A model generated the notes under the pieces. The model was not told the origin of the DNA. It saw only the letters and a program-made list of their open reading frames with translations, and did no database searches. DNA of 64,000 nucleotides from Thermoanaerobaculia bacterium (lineage in GTDB: Bacteria > Acidobacteriota > Thermoanaerobaculia > Multivoradales > Multivoraceae). The stretch spans positions 4,303,079 to 4,367,078 of the forward strand of contig OZ220742.1 of NCBI GenBank assembly GCA_965116955.1, read 5' to 3'. Shown here in pieces: positions 11,359-20,719 of this stretch (position 1 is the first letter of the stretch; the number at the start of each line of letters is the position of its first letter). The translations under genes were made by a program, and so were the position numbers.

Positions 11359-12264
11359 ATGGCTGCAGGCGACTCCGAAGGCGTTCTCAATGAGACCGCC
11401 AAGCCGGCGCAGCGCTACCTGGTGCCCGAGAGCACGAAGCGCTTCGACCCCCGCCAGTGGCCCACGGCGCCGCCGCCAGACGCTCCCCGCCACAACGAAC
11501 TGCGCAAGCTGCGGCGGCGAGCCGTGCGCGACATCAGCCGCCTTCAGAGGCTGCTCTACGCGGAGAACCGCTACGCCCTGCTGCTCCTCTTCCAGGCCAT
11601 GGACGCCGCCGGCAAGGACAGCACGATCAACGCCCTGCTCACCGGCGTCAACCCGGCCGGCTGCCAGGTGTTCAACTTCAAGCAACCCTCCAGCGAAGAG
11701 CTCGATCACGACTTCCTCTGGCGCACCGCCCGCAGCCTCCCCGAGCGCGGCCGCATCGGCGTCTTCAACCGCAGCTACTACGAGGAGGTCCTGGTGGTGC
11801 GGGTCCATCCCGAGCTGCTGCAGAAGCAGAACCTGCCCCACGTGGACCCGAACGGTCTGTGGCAGCAACGCATGGAGTCGATCGTCGAACACGAGCGGCA
11901 CCTGGCGCGCAACGGCACCGTGATTCTCAAGTTCTTCCTCAACATCTCCCGCGACGAGCAGAAGGCGCGCTTCCTGCGCCGGCTCGACCGGCCGGACAAG
12001 CACTGGAAGTTCGCGATCAGCGATGTGCGCGAACGGGGCTTCTGGAGCGAGTACATGAGCGCGTACGGCGAGGCGATCAGGTCCACCACCAGGAGCCACG
12101 CGCCGTGGTACGCGATTCCCGCCGACAGCAAGCCGTACATGCGCTGGGCGGTCGCCGACATCGTGCGCGACACGCTCGCGAGCCTCGACCTGCACAACCC
12201 GGAACCATCGCTGGCCGACCTCGCCATGTTCGACGACATGCGCCGCCAGTTGGAGAACGAGTAG
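11359..12264 (+). CDS. ppk2: Polyphosphate kinase 2 family protein (polyphosphate:nucleotide phosphotransferase)
   Basis: 301 aa. PPK2 pattern LLLLFQAMDAAGKDSTI (Walker A-like), FNRSYYEEV, WYAIPADSK. Confidence 0.85.
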   Translation: MAAGDSEGVLNETAKPAQRYLVPESTKRFDPRQWPTAPPPDAPRHNELRKLRRRAVRDISRLQRLLYAENRYALLLLFQAMDAAGKDSTINALLTGVNPAGCQVFNFKQPSSEELDHDFLWRTARSLPERGRIGVFNRSYYEEVLVVRVHPELLQKQNLPHVDPNGLWQQRMESIVEHERHLARNGTVILKFFLNISRDEQKARFLRRLDRPDKHWKFAISDVRERGFWSEYMSAYGEAIRSTTRSHAPWYAIPADSKPYMRWAVADIVRDTLASLDLHNPEPSLADLAMFDDMRRQLENE

Positions 12265-12380
12265 AAAGCCCGTTCCTCGGCTATCATTCGCCGCCTACGC
12301 GACCCTGACTACGGGGCGATCCGACGCTCCAGACAACGCTTCGAACGACACGGGTCCCGACGGGGACCGGAAAGGCCACC

Positions 12381-12785
12381 ATGACCCCCGAAACTGGGAA
12401 ACTCCGCAACACCCTGCTCCTGGCCCTCGTCGCCGCCCTGCTTACGTTCGCCTGCAGCGGCTACGGCGCGCCGGCGCTGCCCGCCGCCGTCGGTTCGTGG
12501 AACATGACGATCGAGACTCCGCTCGGCACCCAGGAACCCACGCTGATCGTGTCCGGCGACGCCAGCGGCCTGATGGGAACGATGAGTTCGCCTCAGGGTG
12601 ACGTCGAACTCGCCGACGTGACCTGGAACGACGACGGCACGCTCGGCTTCACCATGGACATCGACGCCGGCGGCCAGTCGCTCAGCCTGACGTTCTCCGG
12701 CACCGTCGCCGGCGACAGCCTCACGGGCAGTTTCGCCAGCGACTTCGGTGACATGGAAGCGAACGCCACCCGCGTCGTCGAGTAG
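12381..12785 (+). CDS. Small secreted protein / probable lipoprotein, function unknown
   Basis: 134 aa. Hydrophobic N-terminus ending in LLTFAC-SG (lipobox-like), then a Gly/Thr/Ser-rich beta-type sequence. No family recognised. Confidence 0.6.
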   Translation: MTPETGKLRNTLLLALVAALLTFACSGYGAPALPAAVGSWNMTIETPLGTQEPTLIVSGDASGLMGTMSSPQGDVELADVTWNDDGTLGFTMDIDAGGQSLSLTFSGTVAGDSLTGSFASDFGDMEANATRVVE

Positions 12786-12823
12786 CTCTCTCCTTACGCC
12801 GGCACCGGTGCGCGGGTCCGTAG

Positions 12824-12845
12824 CCGGGGGTCTTCTGACCCCCGG
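12824..12845 (+). terminator. Perfect 9-bp hairpin downstream of the small lipoprotein gene (candidate terminator, no U-tract)
   Basis: CCGGGGGTC-TTCT-GACCCCCGG, 39 nt after the stop at 12785. Confidence 0.3.
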
Positions 12846-13006
12846 TAGACGCGCGCCGGAGGCGGCCAGAAAAGCGGGCCGCGAAGCGGCCACGATTCTC
12901 AGCGCCTGCCCGGTCCTTGACAAATAGGACCAATACGATCCACTATCGCCGGACTCGCCGAAAGGCAACGTCGTCGACTGGCGAAACTGGAGGGTGGGCG
13001 AAGCGA

Positions 13007-14398
13007 ATGAAGACGAACGCTCGAAAGATCGGAACCTGGCCGCTGGTGCTGCTCGTGGCATTGGCGGCCCTCGTCCTGCCGGCCGGCACCGCGGCCGCGC
13101 AGGACTCCGCGGAGGAGCGCATCGCGACGCTCGAGGAGCAGATCGAGACCCTGCGCCGGGCCATCGCCGAACTCGCCGCCCAGCCGCCTGACGAGCGCGT
13201 GACCGAGCTGGAACGACAGATCGAAGTCCTCGCCGAGGGAATCGAGAAGCTCAACCTCGGCTCCGCGGCGGCCGAGGGAACCGAAGCCGATGAAGGCCTC
13301 TACGGCCTGGGCATCGCCGCCTCGAAGGTCTACCGCGTGGAGGAAGGCCTGTCGATCGGCGGCTACGGTGAGATGGTCTTCGAGAGCTACGCCAGCAAGC
13401 GCGAAGGCGGCGAACCGACCGGCTTTGCCGACACGATCGACTTCCTGCGCGCCATCGTCTACGTCGGTTACAAGTTCGACGACCGGTGGGTGTTCAACTC
13501 GGAGATCGAGTTCGAGCACGCCTCGACGTCGAAATCCGGCAGCGCCTCGGTCGAGTTCGCGTACGTCGACTACCTGTGGAAGCCCCAGTTGAACTTCCGC
13601 ACGGGGATCCTGCTGCTCCCCATGGGCTGGCTCAACGAACTGCACGAGCCAACCCTCTTCCCGAGCGCGGAGCGCCCCTACGTGGAACAGGTCCTGATCC
13701 CCAGTACCTGGCGCGAGAACGGCGCCGGCATCTTCGGCGACGTCGGGCCCTTCTCCTACCGGAGCTACGTGGTCAACGGCCTGAAGGGCGCCGGCTTCAC
13801 GTCCAATGGCCTCCGCGGCGGGCGCCAGAAGGGCGCCAAGGCCCAGGCCGAGGACTTCGCCTGGACCGGGCGACTGGACTACACCGCGACGCCCGGACTG
13901 ATCGTCGGTGTCTCCGCCTACGTCGGCAACTCCGGCCAGGGACTCCACGACCCCGCCGGCGCCACGATCGACGCCCGCACCGAGATCCTCGACTTCCACT
14001 TCGACTGGAGCCACCGGGGCTTCCGGTTGCGCGGCCTGTGGACACAGGGCGACGTCGGCGACGCGGCCCGCCTGAACGCGGCTCTGGGCATCACCGGCAG
14101 CGACTCGATCGGCGAACGGCTGGAGGGGCACTACGTCGAGCTGGCCTACGACGTGCTCGCCCGTCGCGGCGGGCGAGCTTCGCTGTCGCCCTTCGTCCGG
14201 GTCGAGGCGATCGACACCCAGGTTCGCGTGCCGGCCGGATTCGAGAGCGACCCGATCTTCGATCGCGAGATCCTGACCTGGGGCGCCGCCTGGCAACCCA
14301 TCGACCGGCTGGTCTTCAAGGTCGGCTATCAGGACTGGACCAACCCCGGCGGCACCGGGTTCGACGAGTGGAACCTGGCCATGGGCTACCTGTTCTAG
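13007..14398 (+). CDS. Porin-like outer-membrane beta-barrel with N-terminal coiled coil
   Basis: Start set at ATG 13007 (MKTNARKIGTWPLVLLVALAALVLPAGTAAAQ signal). Heptad segment ERIATLEEQIETLRRAIAELA..LERQIEVLAEGIEKL. Alternating beta-strand pattern. C-terminal MGYLF (terminal Phe). Confidence 0.7.
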   Translation: MKTNARKIGTWPLVLLVALAALVLPAGTAAAQDSAEERIATLEEQIETLRRAIAELAAQPPDERVTELERQIEVLAEGIEKLNLGSAAAEGTEADEGLYGLGIAASKVYRVEEGLSIGGYGEMVFESYASKREGGEPTGFADTIDFLRAIVYVGYKFDDRWVFNSEIEFEHASTSKSGSASVEFAYVDYLWKPQLNFRTGILLLPMGWLNELHEPTLFPSAERPYVEQVLIPSTWRENGAGIFGDVGPFSYRSYVVNGLKGAGFTSNGLRGGRQKGAKAQAEDFAWTGRLDYTATPGLIVGVSAYVGNSGQGLHDPAGATIDARTEILDFHFDWSHRGFRLRGLWTQGDVGDAARLNAALGITGSDSIGERLEGHYVELAYDVLARRGGRASLSPFVRVEAIDTQVRVPAGFESDPIFDREILTWGAAWQPIDRLVFKVGYQDWTNPGGTGFDEWNLAMGYLF

Positions 14399-14425
14399 GG
14401 GTCCGCGAGGCAGAGACGCAACGTC

Positions 14426-15004
14426 GTGAGCTTCGACGCGACCAGCCGCCGCGCCTCGCTCGCGGCCGCGGCAGCCGGCGCCCTCGTGCTCTCGCTGTGG
14501 GTGCCGCAGCCCGCGGCCGGCGGCGTGTTCCTGACCCGCGACGAAGCGCTGGAACTCGCCTTCCCAGGCTGCGAGGTCGATCGCCAGACCCGGTATCTAA
14601 CGCAGGACGAACGACGGCGCGCCGCCGATCTCGCCGGCGCCAGGATCGACTCACGGCTCGTCGTTCGCTACCGCTCCGATTGCGGAGGCGTCGCCTACTT
14701 CGATGCCCACCGGGTCCGCACCCTGGCCGAAACGGTGATGGTCGTGGTGGACGCCGAAGGCCACGTCGCGCGCCTGGAGGTCCTGTCCTTCCTCGAACCG
14801 GAGGAGTACATCCCCCGCCGAAGCTGGTACGACCAGTTCCTCAGGCTGAGGCTCGACTCGAGGCTGCGCCTGAAACGGTCGATCCACGCGGTAACGGGCG
14901 CCACCCTGACCGCCCGCGCCACAACCGACGCGGTACGGAGGATCCTCGCGCTCGACCAGGTGCTCCGGAAGAACACGTTCCGGGACGGCGAACTAGTGCC
15001 ATGA
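14426..15004 (+). CDS. Periplasmic FMN-binding domain protein
   Basis: GTG start, signal-like N-terminus (SRRASLAAAAAGALVLSL). C-terminal SIHAVTGATLTARATTDAV matches the flavinylation motif (S/T-G-A-T) of FMN_bind domains (NqrC/RnfG/NosR type). Confidence 0.75.
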   Translation: MSFDATSRRASLAAAAAGALVLSLWVPQPAAGGVFLTRDEALELAFPGCEVDRQTRYLTQDERRRAADLAGARIDSRLVVRYRSDCGGVAYFDAHRVRTLAETVMVVVDAEGHVARLEVLSFLEPEEYIPRRSWYDQFLRLRLDSRLRLKRSIHAVTGATLTARATTDAVRRILALDQVLRKNTFRDGELVP

Positions 15005-15441
15005 ACCGCCTGACCGCCTGGACCGTTCACACGTCGACCGTCCTCGTAGGCGGCACGGGCCTCATCTACGCCTGGATGCGCTACTTCACCGCGCCGGCCG
15101 ACGAGTTCGCGGTCGTCGGCCATCCCTGGCAGCCGCACGTCCAGCACCTGCACCTGTGGACAGCGCCCCTGCTCGTCTTCGCCGTCGGCCTGATCTGGCG
15201 GGACCACGCCTGGCGGCACTACCGGCGCCGGGTCCGCGACCGCCGGCGGAGCGGCCTGTCCCTGCTGCTGGGCTGCGCCCCGATGATCGTCTCCGGCTAC
15301 CTGATCCAGACCGCCGTGGGCGATGTCTGGCGGCAAACCTGGATCGCGATGCACCTGATCGCGTCGGCGCTGTTTCTCGTCGGCTACGGCACCCACATGG
15401 TCAAGCCGCTCCGGGTCGCGCTTGGCGGCCGGCGAGCGTAG
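15001..15441 (+). CDS. Small 4-TM His-rich membrane protein (possible haem-b/cytochrome-b-like), function unknown
   Basis: ATG 15001 overlaps the FMN-binding gene stop (ATGA). 146 aa in frame with track ORF 13486..15441. Four hydrophobic helices with His in or near them (TVHTST, HLHLWTA, AMHLIASALF, GYGTH). Confidence 0.6.
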   Translation: MNRLTAWTVHTSTVLVGGTGLIYAWMRYFTAPADEFAVVGHPWQPHVQHLHLWTAPLLVFAVGLIWRDHAWRHYRRRVRDRRRSGLSLLLGCAPMIVSGYLIQTAVGDVWRQTWIAMHLIASALFLVGYGTHMVKPLRVALGGRRA

Positions 15442-15996
15442 CTAGCCCGCCGGACCGCTATCGCCGCCGGCGTCTTCCGCCGTGACCGCGTGCTCGGTGG
15501 ACTCGCCGTGGCCGCCGCCCGGCGGCCCGGGATGCGGCGTGTTCGTCGTGATCAGAATGACCGAAACCAGCATGCCGGCGATGCCGACCCAGAGCAGAGG
15601 GCTCACCTCGAGCTGGCCCCGGCCGCGGTACAGCGTGAAAAGCGCGGTCACCGTGACCGCGCCGCCGAACACGACCGGCATGACGGCGTACGGAATCCGC
15701 GCCCCGCCGCTGAACATGGCCAGCGTCAGCGAGAGCGCTCCGAGCGCGCCGAGGGTGCCGGCGTAGAGACCCCATATGCCCGACGGTCCGGTCGGTTCGA
15801 AGCTGTCGCCCATCACTCTCATGCCGATCAGTCCGCCGACGATCGCGATGACGAGATAGGCGATGCCGATGCCGACATAGGGCTTGAACGGCGACATGGA
15901 CTCGTCCACCAGACGCGCCCTGCCGAGGACCGGGCCGTAGAGGCCCCAGCAGAGCGCCGTGCCGAGCGCGAACACGAAGGGAAGGAAGTTCTTCAT
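15442..15996 (-). CDS. Multi-TM membrane protein (single EamA/DMT-like half-domain?), function unknown
   Basis: 184 aa with about 5 hydrophobic helices and a Gly/Pro-rich acidic tail. The stop abuts the stop of the convergent gene (TAGCTA). Confidence 0.55.
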   Translation of the reverse strand: MKNFLPFVFALGTALCWGLYGPVLGRARLVDESMSPFKPYVGIGIAYLVIAIVGGLIGMRVMGDSFEPTGPSGIWGLYAGTLGALGALSLTLAMFSGGARIPYAVMPVVFGGAVTVTALFTLYRGRGQLEVSPLLWVGIAGMLVSVILITTNTPHPGPPGGGHGESTEHAVTAEDAGGDSGPAG

Positions 15997-16026
15997 CGAT
16001 GATCTCCAGGTAAGAGTCGCGCGAGG

Positions 16027-17541
16027 CTATCGCCTGAGCAGGGATACCGCAGCGATCATTCCCGGCAAGCCGGTCAGACCGCCGCCGGGATGGCAACCGG
16101 CGCCGCCCAGCCACAGGCCGTCGACGGGCAGCGGCTCGCCCGCCCAGGCCGACGCCGTCGGTCGAAGCCACAGGCTCTGGGACGGGTTCATCTCGCCGTG
16201 ATGGAGCCCGCCGGCGGTAGCGCCGTAGTCGGCCTCGAAGTCCGTGGGCAACAGCAGCGCGTGCTCCCGGACCAGGCCGCCGATGCCGGGCGCCCACCGC
16301 TCGAGTTCGGCCGCCACCCGGGCCAGGAGCTCCGGACGGCCCGCGTCCCAGCCGCCCTCGAACTCGAACGGCAGGTGGTGAACCGTCGCCAGCAGCAGGT
16401 GCCGGCCCGCGGGCGCGAGCGACGGATCAAGCGCCGTCGGCAACGCCGCCTCGATCCACGGACGGTCCGGCAGCCGGCCGTACTTCGCCGCGTCGGCCGC
16501 CCGCTCGATGTCGTCCGGCTGCTCCGCCAGCACGATCCGGCCGGTCAGGGCCGGCCGCTCCAGCCCGCGGAACTTCGGCAGCCCGTCAAGCGACAGGGCC
16601 AGTCTCGCCGCGGCGCCGCGGTACTTCACGTTGAGCAAGCGCCGCACGAAGCGCGGTTCGAGGAGCGGCGCGCCGATCAGATCGAGGAAGGTGACGGATG
16701 GAGTCCCGGTCGAGATGACGGCCCCGGCCTCGATCCGCTCGCCGCCCGCCAACCGCACGCCGGCGACGCGGCCCGAATCCACCAGAATTCGGGAGACGGC
16801 AGAGCCGGTCCGGATCTCCGCACCCGACGCCGCGGCCGAAGCGGCGAGGGCAGAGGCCAGAGCCCCGGCGCCGCCCTGCGCGCGCACCACCGGCGCCAAC
16901 CGGTCGGAACCGCCCAAAGCGCAGTGGTAGAGCAACGGCCAGCCGGTGCCGTTGGCGCGGGGCCCCAGACCGGTCGCGGGGAGCGCCACTCCGCAAAGAC
17001 CCGCCAGCAGCGACGGACTCTCGAAGCGCTCGCGCAGCGACTCGTCGAGCGGCGAGGACAACGCCCGCAGCACTTCCGGTGCGATGAGGAGACCCCCCAT
17101 GTCGGCGAGCTCCAACGGCCTGGAGAGAAGCGGCTCCAGCGCCGCCGCGCGCTCGGCCAGCTCGAACACGAAGCCGGGCCAGGCAGCCGCGTCCCGGCGG
17201 CTGACCCGGCCCAGCCCCTCCACAGTGCGCGCGACCTCGGGCCAGAGCACGACGGCGCCCGAGTCGGCAGTCGTCGGAACCGCGGCTACCGCGGGCGCTT
17301 CGATCAACTCCAGTCCATGCTCGCCAAGCTCCAGCTCCGCCATCACGGAACGGCGGAACATCCCCAGGTCGTGGCTGCCCGCATCGACCCGGTGGCCGGG
17401 GATGAGCTCCCGCGTGGACGCCAGGCCGCCGAGCTCCGGGCGCGCCTCGAGCAGAACGACATCGCGCCCCGAACGCGCCAGGAGCGCCGCGGCGACCAGT
17501 CCGTTGTGGCCGCCGCCGACGATCGCTACCCGTCCGTTCAA
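16027..17541 (-). CDS. NAD(P)/FAD-dependent oxidoreductase, phytoene desaturase (CrtI)-like family
   Basis: Start proposed at TTG 17541..17539, overlapping the upstream stop (TTGA). This gives MNGRVAIVGGGHNGLVAAALLARSGRDVVLLE (GxGxxG). The remaining 213 upstream codons of the 717-aa ORF overlap the preceding gene out of frame. Confidence 0.8.
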   Translation of the reverse strand: MNGRVAIVGGGHNGLVAAALLARSGRDVVLLEARPELGGLASTRELIPGHRVDAGSHDLGMFRRSVMAELELGEHGLELIEAPAVAAVPTTADSGAVVLWPEVARTVEGLGRVSRRDAAAWPGFVFELAERAAALEPLLSRPLELADMGGLLIAPEVLRALSSPLDESLRERFESPSLLAGLCGVALPATGLGPRANGTGWPLLYHCALGGSDRLAPVVRAQGGAGALASALAASAAASGAEIRTGSAVSRILVDSGRVAGVRLAGGERIEAGAVISTGTPSVTFLDLIGAPLLEPRFVRRLLNVKYRGAAARLALSLDGLPKFRGLERPALTGRIVLAEQPDDIERAADAAKYGRLPDRPWIEAALPTALDPSLAPAGRHLLLATVHHLPFEFEGGWDAGRPELLARVAAELERWAPGIGGLVREHALLLPTDFEADYGATAGGLHHGEMNPSQSLWLRPTASAWAGEPLPVDGLWLGGAGCHPGGGLTGLPGMIAAVSLLRR

Positions 17542-19199
17542 GGCGTTTCCCCACCGCCGACGGCGGCCGCGTCGGCATCGCGCAGATCGTCCAGCACCCG
17601 GAGCGCGGCCAACCGGGCCGGGCCGCCGGAAATGCCGCCGCCGAACTGCGTCGACGAGCCGCAGAGGTAGTAGCCGGGCAACGGCGTCCGGAAGGCCGCC
17701 GCGGCCGGGTCGGGCCGCAGCAGGAACAACTGCGACAGCCGCAACTCGCCGTGGAAGATGTTGCCGCCCGGGATGCCGGCGATCGCCTCGATGTCCGGCG
17801 GCACGAGCACCTGCCGGTGCAGGATCTGGTCCTCGATGCCGGGCGCGTACTCGGCGAGGGTGCGCACCACAGCATCGCCGAACGCCTCGCGCTGGCCGTC
17901 GTCCCAGGAGCCGGCCGCCAGTTCGTACGGCGCGTACTGGACGAAGCATGACAGGACATGCTTGCCCGGCGGGGCCATGTCCGGATCGAGGACGGACGGG
18001 ATGATCATGTCGATGAACGGCCGCTCCGAGAAGCCGCCGTACTTCGCGTCGTCGTAGGCGCGGTCTACGTAGTCGAGACCCGGGGCGATCGTGATCCCGC
18101 CCGAGAGGTGGGGTCCGGGCGCCGGCATGCACTCGAAGCGCGGCAGCCCGGAGATGGCGAGGTTCACCTTGCCGGCGCAACCGCCGCTCTGCCAGCGCGC
18201 CGCCCGTTCGACGAGTCCGGCGCCGGCGCCGCCGGGGACGTCCTCCGGGTCGAGCAGGCGGCCGAGGCTGATCTGCGGCGCCGCCGACGACAGGACGACG
18301 CCGGCACGCAACTCGTCGCCGTTCGCCAGCACCACGCCGGCCGCCCGGCCGTCACTGGCCAGCACGCGCGCCACCGGGCTGTGGGTCCGGATCTCGGCGC
18401 CGTGGCTTTGCGCCGCCCTGGCGATCGTCGCCGCCACCGCGCCGGTGCCGCCCTTCTGGAAGCCCCACTCCCGGTAGACCCCGTCGACCTCGCCCATGTA
18501 GTGGTGCAGCAGCACGTACGCCGAGCCCGGGGTGCGGGGCGACAGCATGGAGCCGATGATGCTGGAACTCGAGAGCGCGGACTTCAGCACGTCGGACTCG
18601 AACCACTGGCCGAGGAAGTCGGCGGAACTCATCGTCAGCATCTGCACGAAGGTGCGCAACCGGGCCGCCGGCAGGTCGAGGAAGTAGCGCGCGATGTCGG
18701 CGACCTCGGCCGACACCTCGACGTCCAGGTGCTCCGCGCTCTCGGCGACGCGATCACCGATCGCCGCGGCCAGTTCGTCGGGCGCCGCCCGCTGCAGCCG
18801 GTACATCAGGTGGCCCATGCGGCGCATCTCGAGCTTGTACTCGAACAGCGCCTCGGCATCGCGCCGCGAGTGGCGGGCGATGTGCCGGTAGGTCCGCTGC
18901 GGATCCGCCTCGCGGAACAGGCAGTCGCCCCCCGGCAGCGGGTTCAGGGTGCTCGCGGTGGGAACGAGGAACAGGCCGTGGCGCACCAGGTCGAGTTCGT
19001 GGATGACCTCCGGTCGCAACAGCGAAACGAGGTAGGAGAACACGCTGAACCGGAAGCCCGGGAAGGCCTCCTCGCTACGCGTGGCGCCGCCGATCTCGGG
19101 AGAGGACTCCAGCACAACGACGTCGAGGCCGGCTCGGGCGAGGTAGGCCGCGGCCACCAGGCCGTTGTGGCCGGCGCCGACAACGATCGCATCGGTCAT
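17538..19199 (-). CDS. NAD(P)/FAD-dependent oxidoreductase, phytoene desaturase (CrtI)-like family (paralogue)
   Basis: Start ATG 19199..19197 (MTDAIVVGAGHNGLVAAAYLARAGLDVVVLE) overlaps the upstream stop (ATGA). C-terminal YLCGSSTQFGGGISG is typical of the family. Confidence 0.85.
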   Translation of the reverse strand: MTDAIVVGAGHNGLVAAAYLARAGLDVVVLESSPEIGGATRSEEAFPGFRFSVFSYLVSLLRPEVIHELDLVRHGLFLVPTASTLNPLPGGDCLFREADPQRTYRHIARHSRRDAEALFEYKLEMRRMGHLMYRLQRAAPDELAAAIGDRVAESAEHLDVEVSAEVADIARYFLDLPAARLRTFVQMLTMSSADFLGQWFESDVLKSALSSSSIIGSMLSPRTPGSAYVLLHHYMGEVDGVYREWGFQKGGTGAVAATIARAAQSHGAEIRTHSPVARVLASDGRAAGVVLANGDELRAGVVLSSAAPQISLGRLLDPEDVPGGAGAGLVERAARWQSGGCAGKVNLAISGLPRFECMPAPGPHLSGGITIAPGLDYVDRAYDDAKYGGFSERPFIDMIIPSVLDPDMAPPGKHVLSCFVQYAPYELAAGSWDDGQREAFGDAVVRTLAEYAPGIEDQILHRQVLVPPDIEAIAGIPGGNIFHGELRLSQLFLLRPDPAAAAFRTPLPGYYLCGSSTQFGGGISGGPARLAALRVLDDLRDADAAAVGGGETP

Positions 19200-20707
19200 C
19201 CGTCGATTCCCGGCATCGGATCCACCGCCGTCTTGCGCGCCGGATTGAAGAACGGCCGCCGGACGACTCGCGCCCGTGCCCGGCGCCGGCCGTAGCCGAC
19301 GGCGATCTCGAGATCGAGTTCCGTCCCCAGGGCGGCCGCGTCCGCGTGCACGGTGGCGAGGCCGATGTACTTCTTGAGCAATGGCGAGAAGAACCGGCTC
19401 GTGCACTGGCCGACCTGCCATCCTCCGGGCGCGAACACCGGCGTCGGCTCCCGACACGCCGGCTGGCCCACGACCTGCGGGCGGAGGTCGATCTCGGACC
19501 ACAGCCGCTCCAGCTCGAACCAGTCGACCTCGAGGCCGACCATGGCCCAGGCCGGTCCGCGGTCACGCTCCAGCTCGAGCGCGCGGCGGCCCACGAAGTC
19601 GGCCTGCTTGTCGAGCTTGACGGTGAATCCGAGTCCCGCCTCGGCCGGCGTGACCTTCAGCACCTCGATCTCGGCGTGCGCCGCGGACACGTAGTCCACG
19701 TCGATCAGCACCAGGCCGGCTTCGACCCGCACCATGTCGAGCACAAGCAGCCCCGCGGGCAGCAGCCCGTGATCCCGGCCGGCCTCGACGAGAGCGTCCC
19801 ACAGCGCCTCCGCGTGCTCGGCGGCCACCCAGAACTCGTAGCCGAGGTCGCCCGTGTAGCCGGTGCGGGTCACCGTCACCGGGCAGCCTCCGGCGCCTGA
19901 GCCGACCTCGCCGGCCGCGAGATCGAAGTAGCGCATCGCGCCGAAGTCGATACCCGTCGTGGCCGCCTCGGCTATCGCGCGCGCCCGCGGCCCCTGGAGC
20001 GCCAGCACGCCGATCTCTTCCGACACGTCCCGCACCTCGACGTCCATGCCCCAGCCGCAGTCCTCGAGCCAGCGCAGGCAGGGTTCCGCCGCGCTGACCA
20101 GAAAGCGCTCGGGCGCCAGGCGCTGCACGTTACCGTCCTGCAGCAGGTGGCCCTCCTCGTTGCACCAGGACGCGTACATCACCCGGCCCGTGCGGCTCTT
20201 CGAGAAGTCCCGGGTCATCACCCGGTCCAGCAACCGCCCGGCGTCCGCGCCCGCGATCTCGTACTTGAACAGCGGCGACACGTCGATCAGGGCGGCCGCG
20301 TTACGGACCGCCCAGTACTCGCGCTCGGGCGTCGGCTCGTAGGTTTCGACGCACGTGTAGCCCGACCAGTCGCGCCAAGCCTCGCTCTCGCACAGTGCCG
20401 CCGTGCGGCGATGGAACGGCGTCCGCAACGGTTCGAGCGGCCGCAGGCCGTTGTGTCGCGGTGACGGCCCGGCATCTCCGGCGCCGTGGGCGCCCGGCAG
20501 CCACCGGTAGGCCTGGCTGTCCGGACTGCGTCCGATCAGACCCTCCGCCTCCAGTACGCCGAGCAACCGATGCGTCGTCGACGGATGGAGCCCGTGCGCC
20601 GCCGCGAGTTCCGACAGGCGGTGCTCCGGCGCCTCGGGCGTGAATGAGCGGAGCAGGGCCAGCGCCCGCTGGACGGCCTGCGTTCCCTGCGGAGCCCGGC
20701 GCGGCAC
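19196..20707 (-). CDS. Fusion protein: N-terminal IclR-type winged HTH + GcvT-like aminomethyltransferase (folate-binding) domain
   Basis: Single 503-aa ORF with one Met, beginning 12 nt after the TonB-receptor stop. Residues ~12-65 (VQRALALLRSFTPEAPEHRLSELAAAHGLHPSTTHRLLGVLEAEGLI) look like the IclR N-terminal HTH. The rest has GcvT blocks (AALIDVSPLFKYEI, VTRTGYTGDLGYEFWV, GLEVDW). Confidence 0.75.
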   Translation of the reverse strand: MPRRAPQGTQAVQRALALLRSFTPEAPEHRLSELAAAHGLHPSTTHRLLGVLEAEGLIGRSPDSQAYRWLPGAHGAGDAGPSPRHNGLRPLEPLRTPFHRRTAALCESEAWRDWSGYTCVETYEPTPEREYWAVRNAAALIDVSPLFKYEIAGADAGRLLDRVMTRDFSKSRTGRVMYASWCNEEGHLLQDGNVQRLAPERFLVSAAEPCLRWLEDCGWGMDVEVRDVSEEIGVLALQGPRARAIAEAATTGIDFGAMRYFDLAAGEVGSGAGGCPVTVTRTGYTGDLGYEFWVAAEHAEALWDALVEAGRDHGLLPAGLLVLDMVRVEAGLVLIDVDYVSAAHAEIEVLKVTPAEAGLGFTVKLDKQADFVGRRALELERDRGPAWAMVGLEVDWFELERLWSEIDLRPQVVGQPACREPTPVFAPGGWQVGQCTSRFFSPLLKKYIGLATVHADAAALGTELDLEIAVGYGRRRARARVVRRPFFNPARKTAVDPMPGIDG

Positions 20708-20719
20708 CGAACGCCGCTC

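Noticed and set aside
12917-13006. Longer N-terminus for the porin-like gene (start at 12917), and the TTG 25892 start for the GNAT gene.
   Set aside because: The upstream residues are basic low-complexity sequence preceding an obvious signal peptide that starts at ATG 13007. The TTG at 25892 would overlap the symporter, while ATG 25922 gives a normal GNAT N-terminus.
16027-18180. 717-aa ORF as a single large flavoprotein.
   Set aside because: The GxGxxG Rossmann start (GRVAIVGGGHNG) lies at residue ~215. The upstream part overlaps the preceding CrtI-like gene in another frame. A TTG start fused to that gene's TGA (TTGA) fits the operon style.
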